DNA of 64,000 nucleotides from the NCBI RefSeq assembly GCF_026210795.1, contig NC_089431.1, positions 930,001 through 994,000 of the forward strand, read 5' to 3'. Below, one piece after another: positions 13,573 to 27,972 of the stretch; the stretch's first letter is position 1; each line of letters opens with the position of its first letter. A program made the position numbers and the translations under genes. The stretch comes from Rhizophagus irregularis. Its lineage: Eukaryota. The notes under the pieces were generated by a model. The model was not told the origin of the DNA and ran no database searches. It was given only the letters and a program-made list of their open reading frames with translations.

Positions 13573-14743
13573 GTGTAGAGAAGATAATGTTAATAGAATT
13601 GAAAGCATTTATAGAGGGATATGGGAAGGTATGATGGGAACTTAATTTCCTGATTAATAAGAAAATGAATTATTAATATACCGTATGTAATTTTAGTTAA
13701 AATTGAGCTTCTCTTTATTCGATTCAATTTTTGGCTAATAAATAAAAGGGTATGATGTTAGCAACAAAGTTTTTCTATACTTTATGTATGTTATTAATAA
13801 AAAAGTACTTCTTAATAATTTTATATATAAAAAGGGTTAAATTTTATCATTGTAAATTTGAGTTCGCGTTGATTGATTTTCGTGTTCAAACTTTATTCGA
13901 CGACAAATTATATCTGGTCAAAATCAAATCAAATTAAACACGCTAACGCATATACAGTATATATATATATGCACATTATGTAAGACTCTATATATTATAT
14001 TGACAAAGGATTACACTACATGACGAAATTTTCGCTTTTAAATTTTAGTGTGTAACACACTTAAATGTACTGTCACGGACGCGGAACGTCTAATGCAAAT
14101 TGTAATCAAGATGTCGTCGACTCAGAACTTAGAATACCTTATTCGATATGGCTGTGTGCATAAGATTATCACGTAAATAAGAGTATAAGGCCATCAAAAG
14201 AGCGCATATTTACGGCATACTGCGGTATTATGAAGAGCTGGAGAAATTGTTGGAAACGAAATCTGATGCATGCATAGCTAGCTGCGGAATTTAATTCACG
14301 TGACTAACCAACCAATAGGATAATAATTCTGATAGATGACCAGCGTAAATTCTTTATATATCAAATTTAGATTCAAATGAATAAAATGTTCAAAATTTAG
14401 AAGGTTGCATGGACCGTTACTAGCATTATACGCACAAGAAGAAATTTTCCTAACGGGATGCACAATAATTTTAGGGGAGTACACATACTATTGACTTTTT
14501 GGTGACCGATATTTACTCTACCCTCCTCCCTTCTTTATGGTGATAATAAAGAGGTACAATATCTTTCAAATCAAAGTTAATGAATTATGCTAAATTGGAA
14601 TTGAAATGGGGGGAATTAAAAATTGGTGAAACGCGTAACAAAAAGAATAATCAATTAAATTGCTAAAAGAAAAAAAATGTTGGGGAAAAATATGTATGGT
14701 TCTAAAGAGAAGAGTAAAAATTCTATTTGGAAAATTTACATTT

Positions 14744-15432
14744 AATCAAATCAGGATTTCAATGAAAAAGAATTAATCATATTTGTTCAAATCATTTGAA
14801 CTCATGCATGAAGATTAATAATAATAAAAAAATAGACCTGTTCAATTGTCATGTTGCAGGATATTAGATAAACTGATAGAGTCATTAATAATAAAATTAG
14901 AACGAATTATCTGTTGCCAAGAAGTATTATGTATTTTAAATTAACCAAATCAGGTTTTTCTTTTGTCTCTTTGTAAGAATAAAAGGATATAATCATATGT
15001 TCAAAATCATTTGAGCTCTTGCATAAAAGCAAAATGGATGTCTGCATTAATAAATAATTAATTTTTTTTAAAAAAATAAAGTCTCTAATAAAACAGAACA
15101 AAAGAATCTTCTTTTTATTAATAAAGATATTCTATTAACCCAAATTGAACTTTTCTTTTGTTATTTGTGAAAAAAATTAATCATATGCTCTAAAACATTT
15201 GGACTCTTGCATGAAGAAACATCACTGGCTGTATAAATTTTTTTTTTTAAAAAAAAATAAGCCTAGTAAAATAATCAAGTTATTACCCGTTTACTAGAGT
15301 GTTGATAAGGTAAAAAATTATATTAACTAAATTAGGCATTCTTTTGTTCTTTTTGTGAGAAAAATTTTTAATCACATGTTCAAAAATCTGCATAAGTAGA
15401 AAAACATTAAACCAAATTAGGCATTCTTTTGT
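14744..15432. repeat. Degenerate ~190-220-bp tandem repeat, about 4 copies
   Basis: Motif AATCATATGTTCAAAATCATTTG(A/G)(A/G)CTCTTGCATGAAG recurs at ~14775, ~14991, ~15179 and ~15370. Each is preceded by an AAC(C/T)AAAT(C/T)AGG...TTCTTTTG-like motif. Confidence 0.6.
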
Positions 15433-16844
15433 GAAAACACCAAATCAATTATATTAAATTGGATGTAATTTTAGGGTGATTACATACTAAAATATATATT
15501 AAATATGTTCAAAATATATTAAAATATATTAGAAAAAATCATACTACTTTCTTTTGTTATTTAAGTATATAACATTGTTCTGAAAAATATTATATTCGAT
15601 TAAAGGAAATTAATAGAATCTGAAAAAGGTTATTTACTGCGTTACAGATCTAAGGAGATGATCCAAAATCGGAAAAACCCCATTGATAACTACTACATTG
15701 TTATGCATTTTATCATTGGTGATTTCATCATTATAGCGGACTTTGTAGCGGACAACCTGAAAATAGCTTACTTTGTAATTTCCTGTTTGCCGCGGCTGCT
15801 GTTGTTCAACATATGAAATTCCATTTTTGTCAATAAACTTGTTTTTTTCAACCACAAGCCTGTGACCTAGATGCATGTAAGTAAACCGTCAAAATCCCAA
15901 AGAAAACCTGTTTTATGCATATTCCAACATCTAACAATGAGATAACAAGAGGAAAATCAATGAATATTATTAAAATATGTTTGTAATAACTATATCACAA
16001 TACATGTAGATAATTTCCTGAATAATTTGTATTATTGAAAAAAATTTCAACGAGTCAGAATTTTTTTTTAAAAAAAACAAGTTTGTCTTCTTTTTTTTTT
16101 CTTCAATTTTAAATTTATACCCAATGACATAAATATATGCATTTTTTGGAGATAAAATATTAATTTGCATACATCTTTATAAGTGACTTATCTCGTTTAT
16201 TTACCTTTTTAGAGTTTTATTGATACCTTCGTAGAAAGATATACAAAAAATGCCATTCCTTAAGTAGTAATCCGGCAAAATATATCCGATATTGTACATT
16301 ATTAATGTAAAGATTTGAAGTTGTTAAATTCTTATCCTTTTTGTCCCTCTATTAAACATGAAAAAAATAGAGATTGGGACCAGTTAACGTTAACCGGGTA
16401 AGGTTTTTTTGGGCGGTTCCAATCTCTAGGAAAAATATATATATATATCACACTACAAACAAATAGATCAATCCAGCTTTACTTACATATCATACAAATA
16501 TATCAAGATTAATGGTACTTTATTCAATAATTAAACACTGCATTTTTTTTTTTGTTTTCAGATCAGTTTTGTTTCTTTTTTTTTAAAAAAAAAAAGATTC
16601 ACAGATTAAATTCATCACTTGCGAGTTAGACCTAGGTTTCTTGTTAAAAAAAAAAAAGAAATCCTATTTCAAAACAAGTTCACACAAAATAATGTAACGT
16701 TAATGATTTCAAATTCAATTGATATGACTGGTTTTTATTATTTAAAGGAAATAATATTAAATGAATTTATTAAATATTGACAAATATAATTTTATTATCG
16801 AAATATAAAAATAATGACCCACCCTCCGCTACAATACATTAAGA

Positions 16845-17410
16845 AAAACCACTCTCCCACTACTGCTCTCCCATCACAATTAGAAAAATTGTTAAAGAAA
16901 TACCGCTCTCCCACTACAACTAGAAAAATTGTTAAAGAAATACCGCTTTCCCACCACAATTAGAAAATTGTTAAAGTACCGCTCTCCCGCTCTCCCACCA
17001 CAATTAGAAAATTGTTAAAGAAATACCGCTCTCCACCATAATTAGAAAAATTGTTAAAGAAATACCGCTCTCCCACCACAATTAGAAAAATTGTTAAAGA
17101 AATACCGCTCTCCCACCACAATTAGAAAAATTGTTAAAGAAATACCGCTCTCCCACCACAATTAGAAAAATTGTTAAAGAAATACCGCTCTCCCACCACA
17201 ATTAGAAAAATTGTTAAAGAAGTACCGCTCTCCCACCACAATTAGAAAAATTGTTAAAGAAATACCGCTCTCCCACCACAATTAGAAAAATTGTTAAAGA
17301 AATACCGCTCTCCCACCACAATTAGAAAAATTGTTAAAGAAATACAGCTCTCCCACGAAAAATTGTTAAAGAAGTACCGCTCTCCCACTACAATAAACTA
17401 CAATTAGAAT
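16845..17410. repeat. 40-bp minisatellite, ~14 copies
   Basis: Unit TACCGCTCTCCCACCACAATTAGAAAAATTGTTAAAGAAA. Seven near-perfect copies start at 17063, 17103 ... 17303; copies with indels lie at both ends. No spacers. Confidence 0.95.
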
Positions 17411-19106
17411 AGACTAAAAGAAAACCGAAATCTCCTCATGGATCTATTTCCAGATTTCCAGAGGAGATTGGTTTCCTTTTTATTCTTTTTATTCTTTAAA
17501 CAATGAACTTTAAAGAAAACATATTGGCATTTAATAATAAATTAAAATAAATAATTCATTGAATGGAAAAAATCCTTTCAATAAATAAATTTTCATTTTA
17601 AATAAATTAATATATTAATAATAATTAATATTAATATTAATGTTTTGTTTTTAATTATAACAATTTTAAGAATTTTGTAGTCCATAAATTATAGTCTACA
17701 AAATTCAATGATTTGTGAAAGAGATTTTTTAGAAAAAAGTAATTTTGAAAAAATTTTTTGGGTTAAGATTTCTAAGGTGTGTGTGTATTATGGAGAATCA
17801 AAATAATCTTGGTGGGTTTATATAACAAAATTTATCTTTCACCATCTATGAATTACAAAATTTATAATTTACACAACAGTATATACAGTATACATCAGTA
17901 ATATTTTTTCTTTTTTATGACTTTATCACTAGATATAGTCCCGAAATATCACTATAATCAAAATTTTTTAGGGTTTATACTTTTTTTTAGTTTCTTTTTT
18001 ATTAGCCGGGGTGTTTTCCTAAAACTTGTCCCCTATAATTTGGAAATCAGAAAAATTTTTGATTAAAATACAAAATATGTAATTTTTGATTTTTGTAATA
18101 TAAGTTTCAAATATTGATTAAATAGATACGTTTTATAGAAAAAAAAATGCAAGTTACATTATACGTTTCCGTAATATGTTTAATATAATATAAAAAGAAC
18201 GAAAGGAAGCATTTGAATATAAAGAAAATGGCCATGGAGCCTTTACAAATTATGACTATAACTACATTAAAATGATGAACTATAAATTAAGAATTTGTTT
18301 ATTAGAATATCTTATTTTTCGTTTTTACTCTTTACTGTAATAAGCTTGAATTAACTTCCCCATTTAAACTCCTCGATTAAAAGTGGTTCAATATCTGAAC
18401 TAAGTTAATTCTGTTTTATTTACTGCGTATAAGTGTTAATTTCGTGTCATCTCTTGAAATTTTTTCATAAAGCCAAAATTTTACATCTTCATTCATCAAA
18501 CTAAGAATTATTTTATTCTTTGTTAAGCATCTATTTCAATAGAATCCCTAACTTGAAATATTTGATATAACATTCGTTTTTTATCGAGAATGACCAGCAA
18601 TGAATGCGTTCGAAATCGGATGCTGAATTCATAGGTTTGGGTGTTCCAAGTAGTTACACCACACTGACAACTTGTTAATGTGCATATATAAACGAATGGA
18701 CCGTTAATAAAATATAAATTCCTTAAATAACTAAATATTATAATGATTAAAGTGCGGCTCGATTCTTATAGAAAGTAATTTACGTTTTATTAAGTTAAGT
18801 GGAATTGTAGGAAAGATATGATGTAAACAAATGTTATAATTTCATAGTCGAAAGATTGTGGTAGTTATATATACAATTTTCACGTTCGTGATAAATGCTG
18901 TTTCACGTGATATCACGTGTGAGTACACAAGATTATCAGATGATAAAAATGAAATTTTTTTCTCCGTTTGCTTTTTAATAATATTTTGACGCATGTATTT
19001 CTTACGTGAATTTAACAAAATTAATCCAAGATTATATAATTTTCTACCCCTTAGTTGCGGTTTACAAACCAATACTTTGATTAATCGAAAATTTTCCTCT
19101 TCAAGA

Positions 19107-20484
19107 ATGGTTTCTCAGGTTTGTTTTTTTTTATAATTAAAATAATTAAAAGTATTGAAATATAAATATATTTATGTTCTTTTATTGTTGTTTAGACTGG
19201 ATGGACGAGATTAATTCGGTAATGAAATTTATTTAATTTTTTAATTAATTATTTTGTTATTTTGATTATTAAAATCCTTTTATGAATAGATTCATAGGTG
19301 AAGATAATAAATCATATTCGGGTCAACCTATTGTTGATTCGAATGGATTTTTACCGCCCATTTCGGAATTAAAAGCCAATATAATTCAAGGTGATGTTCT
19401 TACGGAAGAAAAAATAAATATTACGGATAAGACGATCAAAGTCAAAAAAGTAATTCTTTTTAAAATTTAAATTTTAATGTCTCTCTTTTTTTAATAGCTA
19501 AGTATAATTAATAAAATTAAAGGAGTTATTATTTTTTATTTTTAAATTTCTAGTTGTTGACACCATTAGAACCATCAAAAATTCCAATAATTCGATGTAT
19601 TGGACTGAATTATCGAGAACATGCAATAGAAACATCAAAACCAATACCAAAATATCCAATATTATTTATAAAACCATCATCTAGTTTACAAAATCCTTTT
19701 GATAAAATTAGAATACCTACTTTAGTTTCTAATAATCAAGTTGATTATGAAGCTGAATTAGCTGTGATAATTGGTAAAGATTGTAAAGATGTTAGTAAAG
19801 AAGATGCTTTACAATATGTTTTGGGATATACTGCGTCAAATGATGTTTCCGCTAGGAAATGGCAAGGTGCTAATTAATTTCTTTAAGAAATTTCTATAAA
19901 TTATTTAAATAAATTAATTTATTTTATTATTTAGATAGTAGACTTGGATCTGGTCAATGGTGTTTTTCGAAGGTAAAGTATGTTATTTATAAATATATAC
20001 CTCGTTGATTTTTTTTTACCTGTTTTATTTGATTGTTATCTTAATTTATAGGGATTTGATACCTTTTGTCCAATCGGACCACAATTAGTCTCACCGTCGA
20101 TTATAAAAGATCCAAATTCATTAAGAATAAGAACAAGACTTAACGATAATAATCAATTATTACAAGATTCAAATACATCTGATATGATTTTTAATGTAGC
20201 TGAATTAATTAGTTTTTTAAGTCAAGGCACTACATTACAAGCTGGTTCTTTAATTTTAACAGGAACTCCTCAAGGTATAGTTTTTAATTAACAATGATGT
20301 TTGATTTAATAAGAAGCATTGTTTATTAAAAAAATAAAATATATTTTTTGAATTTATAGGTGTTGGATATACTAGGAAACCTCCAATTTATCTTCAACAC
20401 AATGATAAAATTGAAATTGAAATTGAGCAAATTGGTACTTTAACTAATTTGGTTGAATATGAAAATCACAATTCTAAATTATAG
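19107..20484 (+). CDS. Fumarylacetoacetate-hydrolase (FAH) domain protein, FAHD2/Fmp41-like; 7 exons
   Basis: Exons 19107-19118, 19196-19218, 19290-19449, 19554-19866, 19935-19972, 20052-20274, 20360-20484. They give WTRLIRF...CIGLNYREHA...VDYEAELAVIIGK...NDVSARKWQ...QWCFSKGFDTFCPIGP...ILTGTPQGVG. The donor at 19867 (GTGCTA) is weak but restores the frame. Confidence 0.92.
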
Positions 20485-20899
20485 ATTTAATTTCTTTTTT
20501 GGAGATTTCATATATGTAATATACAATAAATTTACATTTTAAATTTTATATAATAATTGAACATTTGAATTAATGAATTTAAAAATTTTTTATAATATGG
20601 GGAATGATGACAAAGTACATTAGTTAGAAAAAATTCATGAAATAGAAGGTATTAAAGCTGACTAAGTTAATTATGTAAATAAATCCGAATCGAAATTCGA
20701 AGAAATATTCAATACTAGAAACACTTTCTAATATCATAAACGATTATATCAGGAGTTAATGTTCCTTAAGATTGAAGCCAATTTATGGCATTTACATAAA
20801 AGGCAGTCAATTGAAAGATTGATTAAATACATATACACAAAAGTTTGAATCATGATGAATTATGGCGAAATTTCTTCGGATATAATTATCATAACAATT

Positions 20900-22493
20900 T
20901 TACGCAGTTTCATCAATTACGCAATCAAAACACTCCGAAACTGAAATTTAAATTAAAAAAAAGTTAAAAAATATACAATAATAGAGGATCTTTATATAAA
21001 TAAATTGAAAATTACCTAAATCATTTGAATTTACTGGCTCCGGAAGATTTTTGAAACTTAACAGTCTACTGGTATAGATTGCTTGAGGGTGAGTTTCTAT
21101 ATTTTTAGATATATTTTTAGATATATTTTCATTATTAAATCTTTTTATATATTTATGTCCTTTTATTTGGGAATAAAAATTTCCATTCATGTTTCTTATT
21201 TCATTTCTCCATTTTCTTAATTTATGGGATAATTCCTTAGCAGTTGGTCTATTTTCTGCTTTAGCATCCCAGCATTTAACGATCAAATCTGCGAGCGGTT
21301 TTGGAATATCTTCGGAGATATTTGGTCGAAGTCCTTTACATATCCCAACAGCTAACGTATGATCATGAGGAATATTACTATAAGGAGTTTCTTCAGACAT
21401 TAATTCATTCATCACTATTCCAAATGAATAAATATCAGCTGCTTTTGTATATTGGCATCCACGTAAAATTTCTGGTGACATATAAGGCAATACTCCATAA
21501 CCTCCTTCCTTGTCATTATTTGCTTGTCGGCACATTCCTAAATCACTTATATATGCATGTTTACGATTCATATTAAGTAATATATTTCCTATATGAAGGT
21601 CTCCATGAACTTTTTTAGCATCATGAATATTTTGAAGTCCTCTTGCTATATGAAATAAGTACTGAATTTTTAACTTTATATCCATATAATTTTCATTTAA
21701 ATAATTTCTTAAATTTCCACATTCACAATATTCTAAAACCATCATATACTCTTTAGAATTTGGATCTTGAGTTATTCCAAAATATTGAATAATATCCCAA
21801 GTATACATGTGAAGATAAGATTTGATCTAGTACAATATGACGTTGAAAAAATTAATATTTGCGTGAAAGATCAAGTAAATTATTTAATAAATTACCTCAT
21901 TTAACAAATCTAAATTCGTGTCGAAAGAATCATCCAAGCTTTTTAATGCAACTTTAACATTTTCACTTCTATAATATTCTTGGTTGTCAATATCCCAATA
22001 AATAATAAATCCTTTAGTCCATGTAGCTGAATAAACTTTACCAAACCCTCCTCTAGTAATATAAGTAATATCTTGTAAATCCTCATAAGTTATCCATTCA
22101 AGACATTTCTTACTACTTACAGCATTAAGTTGTGAATCTTGGATGAATTCATCAATATCTTTATTTCCACTAGTCCAATTTTTAAAATTTTCCTTAAATC
22201 TTTTGGCATTACAAGATTGACACCAAAGTTCTCCTGTGCCAGGTTCTTTACATTCCCAACATGTTCCATATATTTCTTCTCTTTTTTCCAAATCTTCTAT
22301 ATAAATTACTCTATCATCTGTCTTATTATATTCTTCTTCGGCAGTTGAATTAATATGAAAAATTGAAACATATTCCTTTTTTTTAAAAAAACAAATGATT
22401 AAAAATGATTAAAACTAAATATAAATAAATTGATTATTTACGATATAAAAATTCTACCTGATATTGAGCACTACCGCGTTTCCATGAATACAT
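20900..22493 (-). CDS. Tyrosine-kinase-like (TKL) protein kinase, Glomeromycota-expanded family; 4 exons
   Basis: Exons 22493-22458, 22375-21896, 21826-21016, 20940-20900. Motifs CxxC..WCxxC, NFKNWTSGNKDID, RGGFGKVY, VALK, HGDLHIGN, DLG, PYMSPE, DIYSFG and the C-terminal THPQAIYTSRLL. Confidence 0.88.
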
Positions 22494-22937
22494 TGTTATT
22501 TTTTTTGTTTAATAATAACGTAAAAGTAAAAGTTCACGGATCACCCATCATTGATGCTTTTATATACGAAATAATGAAACGATTTTTTAAAAATAGATTT
22601 GTTTTTAAAATAGATTTGTTTTCTAATCAAAAAAAATTGATCAGCATTATCCGATTCTGATCGTGATCTTTAACTTCCCCAGTATCACCGTAGAAAAATG
22701 TCACATTTGGCCCGCATTACGGCGTTATGCACTAACACGTGAAAATAAACAGTGACGAATAAGGGGTGATGAATAAGGGTTTGCCTACTCGAAAAAAACT
22801 AAGTCCCTCAGATACTTATAGAAAATGGAAACGCAGTGGGGTGACGGTTGTGATGAATAAAAAACGATCACGTGAATGTGACATTTTTTCTGGGGAAATT
22901 GTGATCTTTGGACTGCGCCAGTACTGCGGAGAAAACG

Positions 22938-23025
22938 GGAACTGAAATAGCATCATCACACTATCCTCTTCCGACGAGTCGATGATATGCTCGATTCTTC
23001 GGAAAGTCTCAAATGGGTTTCAAAC
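22938..23025 (+). pseudogene. Tiny frameshifted relic of a Ty3/Gypsy reverse transcriptase
   Basis: CACTATCCTCTTCCG(A)CGAGTCGATGATATGCTCGATTCT reads HYPLP-RVDDMLDS across a 1-nt indel, resembling the Gypsy RT motif YPLPRIDDLLD. A degenerate KLNSI-like stretch lies just upstream. Confidence 0.45.
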
Positions 23026-23576
23026 ATTTTGTAAACTTTTCAGCTGGGCAAAGCTGACGAAATACTTCCATATGAGTTCAAACCTTTGTACTGTTGAGCA
23101 CGAGAGAAGCACCTAAAGCAAGATTAAAATCAAAGAAGGCAGCAATGGAGAGTTGTCGATTATTTCAAATTTTTTATACCCAATTTGAAACATGCTTCAT
23201 TATTTTAAATATCAAATTCGTATTATGACAATCAATTAATACAATCGCGCTATTTAAAAACGAAAATTTCTATTGAAAAGTTTAAAGTATTTTATTTTTT
23301 AAGGGAAGTGAAATATTACAAAATTTTGACATGTTTATAATATATGTAAAGTGTTCATATTTACTTTAGAAAGAAAAATTATTTTAATTTAGTTCGTGAT
23401 AATAAAGGAACATAAATTAATATAAGAAACTTTGAAGGTAACCGCGAATGAAAATTTGTCCTAATAGATTCGAGATACCATTTCATTGTCATCATCTCAT
23501 TCACTTCTTCATTTGATAAATTTATTTGGTCCAATAAATAATAATAAATATAGTAAACGTAACCGGAATATCATTC

Positions 23577-26028
23577 TTAATATTTAAGTGCTGCTTTAAT
23601 AGCAGGGTCATCTTCTAATTCTTTGGCATCAGTAAAAGTATGGAATAAATCATCAGGTATTCCTTCTCTCAATAATTCAAGTCTTTCGTGGAACATTTCC
23701 AAGGGGGTTTTCAATACTTCATTATCTTTATTGCTTTTATCGTCATCATCAATATTATTATCGATATCATCATCAGATAAATTATTGTCATTCTTATCTT
23801 CAGCTTTATTGTCACTTTTAATATTACGTAGTTTTGTTGTTATTTTAGAAGAAATGGAAGCAGCTTTATGAGGTGATAATATTTTCGCGCTTAAGGGAGT
23901 TTTTGGTTTACTCGTAGCTGATTTAGTTGAATCGCTATCAATAGAATCAGGTGAATCCATAGCAGTACCATATAAATATGAAACATCTACGTGAAGTTTA
24001 TCTAATAATCGATTGGTTAAACTTGACTGTCGTACAGGTTTATGAGGATCCCTGGGATCTGTTGTTACTTCTCCTGAAGTAGCTGCAGCTGCTTGCTGTG
24101 CAATAACCTGGGTTGCCGCATCTTCAGCTTTCTTTTCCTCTGGTGTTTCATTCTTTATTTCTTCTTCATCACCAGCATAGTAATTACGGAGATAATTATA
24201 AATTGTTGGAAAGGTTCGAGTATATGAATGTTTTGGTTTTTCTGGTGGCAAATCCTTTACATGTTCTGTTGTACAATCTCGAACATATATACGAAGAATT
24301 CTTCCAGGATTTTCTCTTGCAATAGTTGTATATCTAAATAAAAATAAATGTTAATTATTATTATAAATGATGACGCTAAATAATAAACTACGCACATTTC
24401 CGGATCGAGTTCGCCGGTATCTCCAATAAGAATAAATTTACGATTAGGAAAATCCTATTACGTCATGAAAAAAAGTTTTTTTTTTTAATTCATTTTATTT
24501 TGAAACATTAAATAAGAAATTATATTAGTATTACTTACTTTGAGTAACTCTCTAATGTACATGAATTTACTAGCCATAGGATTTTCTTTTTGTTCATAAG
24601 CACTTTTAATTAAACCATCATAAAATTTAAAATGTGCCGAACCGGGAGGGAAATTATAGGTTTGAAAGAAACTTCTTAAAGATGGAAATAATTGCCATGG
24701 TGAGTTAGATACATAATGAACTGATGCTCCTTTTTCATACTAAAATAAAAATAAAAATAAATATATAAATGAAAATTCTTATAAAAGACCCTATATATGA
24801 AATAAACTTACAAATTTACGATAGAGGTCGGCCATTCCTGGAACCTTTAATTAATTAAAATAAAATAATAATAATTATTCATTTGTATAATTAATTATAA
24901 TTAATCGAAATATAAAAATTGTCTTACATCTTTGAAAGGATGCAAAAATGTGTTGGATAAAACTCTTTTTGCACCTCGGAGAATATTTGTATCTTTGATT
25001 GTATCATCAATATCCTACACACGAAATAAAAATAAAATTAGTCTTATATATTTAATAATTAGAGATCTAAGATGTTACTTACGGAAATAATGGAAACTCC
25101 TTCAGGTTCAATTAGATTCACAACACCATAATGAGGATCAATACCATCTCTAAAAACTCTAACTTTTAATAATCTAACTCTATTTTTATCTTTATTTCCA
25201 ATAATATTATTAATAAGTCCAGTAACAACATTTTCATTATTTTCTTCCCCAATCCATTTATGAATAGTTTGTTTCGGAATTGCCAAACTACCATGGAAAT
25301 GACCTGATTTTGGAGTAATTGTTACACGAGTAATTTCACTTTCTGGATGAGTTTGTGGGTTAATAATCTTCCCTGCTTGATTTAATACTTTATTTAAGTC
25401 AGGTACATTCACAGTTGCTGTTGTGGTCGTAGAACCTTCTCCATGAGGTTCAACGGTGGTTGTTAATGGACCTTCATCATTAGGATCACCTTCAATGGAC
25501 ATTTTGTTGGAATCAGTCAAGCCTTCTACTTGTACAGTAAATTCTCCTTGACTAACATTATTTGCCCAGAAATATGATGTACGTGATTCAAGAAATTGAA
25601 ATCTTTCATCATCTTTTTGAAATGCCAACGCCGTTAATCCTTATTTAAAATGAATTAAAATTAAAATTTTTTCTTTTTCTTAAATTATACTAGAATGATT
25701 ATAATACCAACCTAAGAATAGACTACGCGTTTTACTTTTTTTTGGTGCAGAGAATGCCCAACCACGAACACGAATATTCCAATCATCGGTAGTAGACTTT
25801 CCTATTTTAAGTCAAAAACGTTAATTTTTGGCTAAATTACACTAACTTTATTAAAATTTAAACTTTATCGTTTTTATTACCGTCAGGATTCCTAGTAGCA
25901 TAAGTAGGAAATAATAAGCAAACTGATTCTAACGGACCCTCATTTTCTTCTTCAGCAGACCTATTTTTACTGTTTAAATCGTTTATAGCTCCTTCTACTT
26001 TTGCCATTAATTTGTTATAAATTTCCAT
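23577..26028 (-). CDS. APP1: Phosphatidate phosphatase, APP1 family (HAD-like DxDxT); multi-exon
   Basis: The spliced product contains LLFPTYA, WNIRVRGWAF, GVSIIS|DIDDTIKDT, VPGMADLY, HYVSNSPWQLFP, DFPNRKFILIGDTGELDPEI and ILRIYVRD, all App1 catalytic-domain motifs. The start at 26028 is inferred. Confidence 0.9.
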
Positions 26029-27972
26029 TTTAAAAGAAAACACGATTAATATATATATGTTTTTTAACGATGATCTGCAATTTTCAATCTTTAAAAGGGA
26101 GTATTGGTATTTTTGATTATAGTTCACTTTTAAGGAGACATTTCTTTGTATCAATAAATGTGTCCTCGTGTGGATTTACAATTATAGTATTAACAATGAA
26201 TTTTTTTGTTTTTGGGACAAAAGAAAAAAAAAATTTAAAAATATCTTTTCAAAGATTATTCTTATTATTCTTTTTTAATTAATCGAAACAATTGTAAAAA
26301 GTTGGTAAGTTTAAAAAAAAAGAAAATTCCATTCTTATAAAGTATTATTTGAATAATTTTAATAATAATTTATAGTAACATCGTCAAAATTACGCGAACT
26401 AAAGACTTTTTAGGAAATTAAAAAAAAATTAAGGGACAAAAATAAATTTTACGCCGTAATTATGTTGGCGTAATAGATTTACTTAAAAGGACTTATTAAT
26501 TCCCATCGACACGTTATTTTAATTTTTCCCCATCTATATATTTAGATATACATTATTTATGATGACGCAAATTTTTGGGTTAGGTTGAAAGATCGACATA
26601 ATGAGCATAATGAGAATATGGGATAATGGATAATAAGTGTGAAGGTACAAGTCACAATCCTGAAAGTAAAATGATTTGTGTTGTTATATTTTATTTTTAT
26701 AGGTTATCGATAATAATTTTAATCCTCAAACTTTTCATTAATGCTTTGCATAATTCCCTATGAAAAGAATGAACCGACCGAAAAGGTAGCCCAAATATGT
26801 TAAATAAAACAATGATTTTGTTTCAGGCAAGAAGAATTATAACCAAAAATGTTCAAGGTTAACTTTCATTTCGTCACGTGACTCCATTTAACTTATTAAC
26901 TTTACTTATAGCAGGTGTATAATGCATGTACTTTCATCTGGGTCATCGATGTTTTTGGCAACTCAGTCTTACTTTCTATCCCGTCAGATTTTCGAATTAG
27001 GTAAAATGGTAAATGAATGGCGGATGACGTAAATTTTAACAAAGAATGATATTTATCTTTGCTTTTTTTTTAAAAAAAAATGACTAATTAGAACGAAGAA
27101 TATCTTTATCTCCGACATTTAAGGTGTGTGATATTAGTCATGTAATTTAGTCTTTCAAATTGATATTCAGGAGCATTGATTATAAATTATATCGTTTATA
27201 TGGGATTTATAGCAATGATACTAACCTTATCTAAAGCTTAATTTAAGCTTTTAGCGTGTTTTTTTTTTAATAAACTGTATAATGGTTACCATATTTAGTA
27301 TTAAAATCATTAAACTATATGTGCCATACTGAGACTTTTTTAACCTTAAAATTTTCGTTGGTATTTTTGAACATTTCAAAATATAACTAAATATTCAAAC
27401 CCCATTTCACATTTTAAAAAGAACGAAAAAAAAAGGACAAATTTTTTTTAAAAATCAATAAATTTTCATATTACATACGCCATACTTTTTTATTCAATGA
27501 AGGAAAGGGAGTTTGAGTACATGTAGTATTTTTTTCAAAAAAAAAACTATAACCGTAAATCAAAACCATAAAAACTCTATAGGAAGGGAAGAGAAGATAA
27601 TAAAGAAAATCGCTGGGATTTTCGTTAGTGGAGAAAATGGATATTTACAAGGGAACAAGGGAAGAAGGAGATGTGTACAACCATACGAAGAGAAAAAAAA
27701 GGTAGGTTAAACAAATGGTGTAATGATGAAGAGGAATAAAATGTATTATTAAGAGATTATTACGTCAAGTAATTAATGATAAATTAAAATAAATTAAAAA
27801 TTCTATTATATATGTGAGGTATTTTATCTAAGAATTAAATTAAATACAAAGAATGCTTTTTAACCGCCTTTTATATAAATCCTCCGGATGGAAATATTTA
27901 AATAAAAAAACTCTATTTATCTAATGAATATAGAAAAAAGATTAGAGAATTAAGAAGAACTTTTATAAATAA

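Noticed and set aside
16845..17410. CRISPR array or coding repeat
   Set aside because: Units are contiguous with no unique spacers, there are no cas genes, and the context is eukaryotic. The 40-bp period breaks any reading frame.
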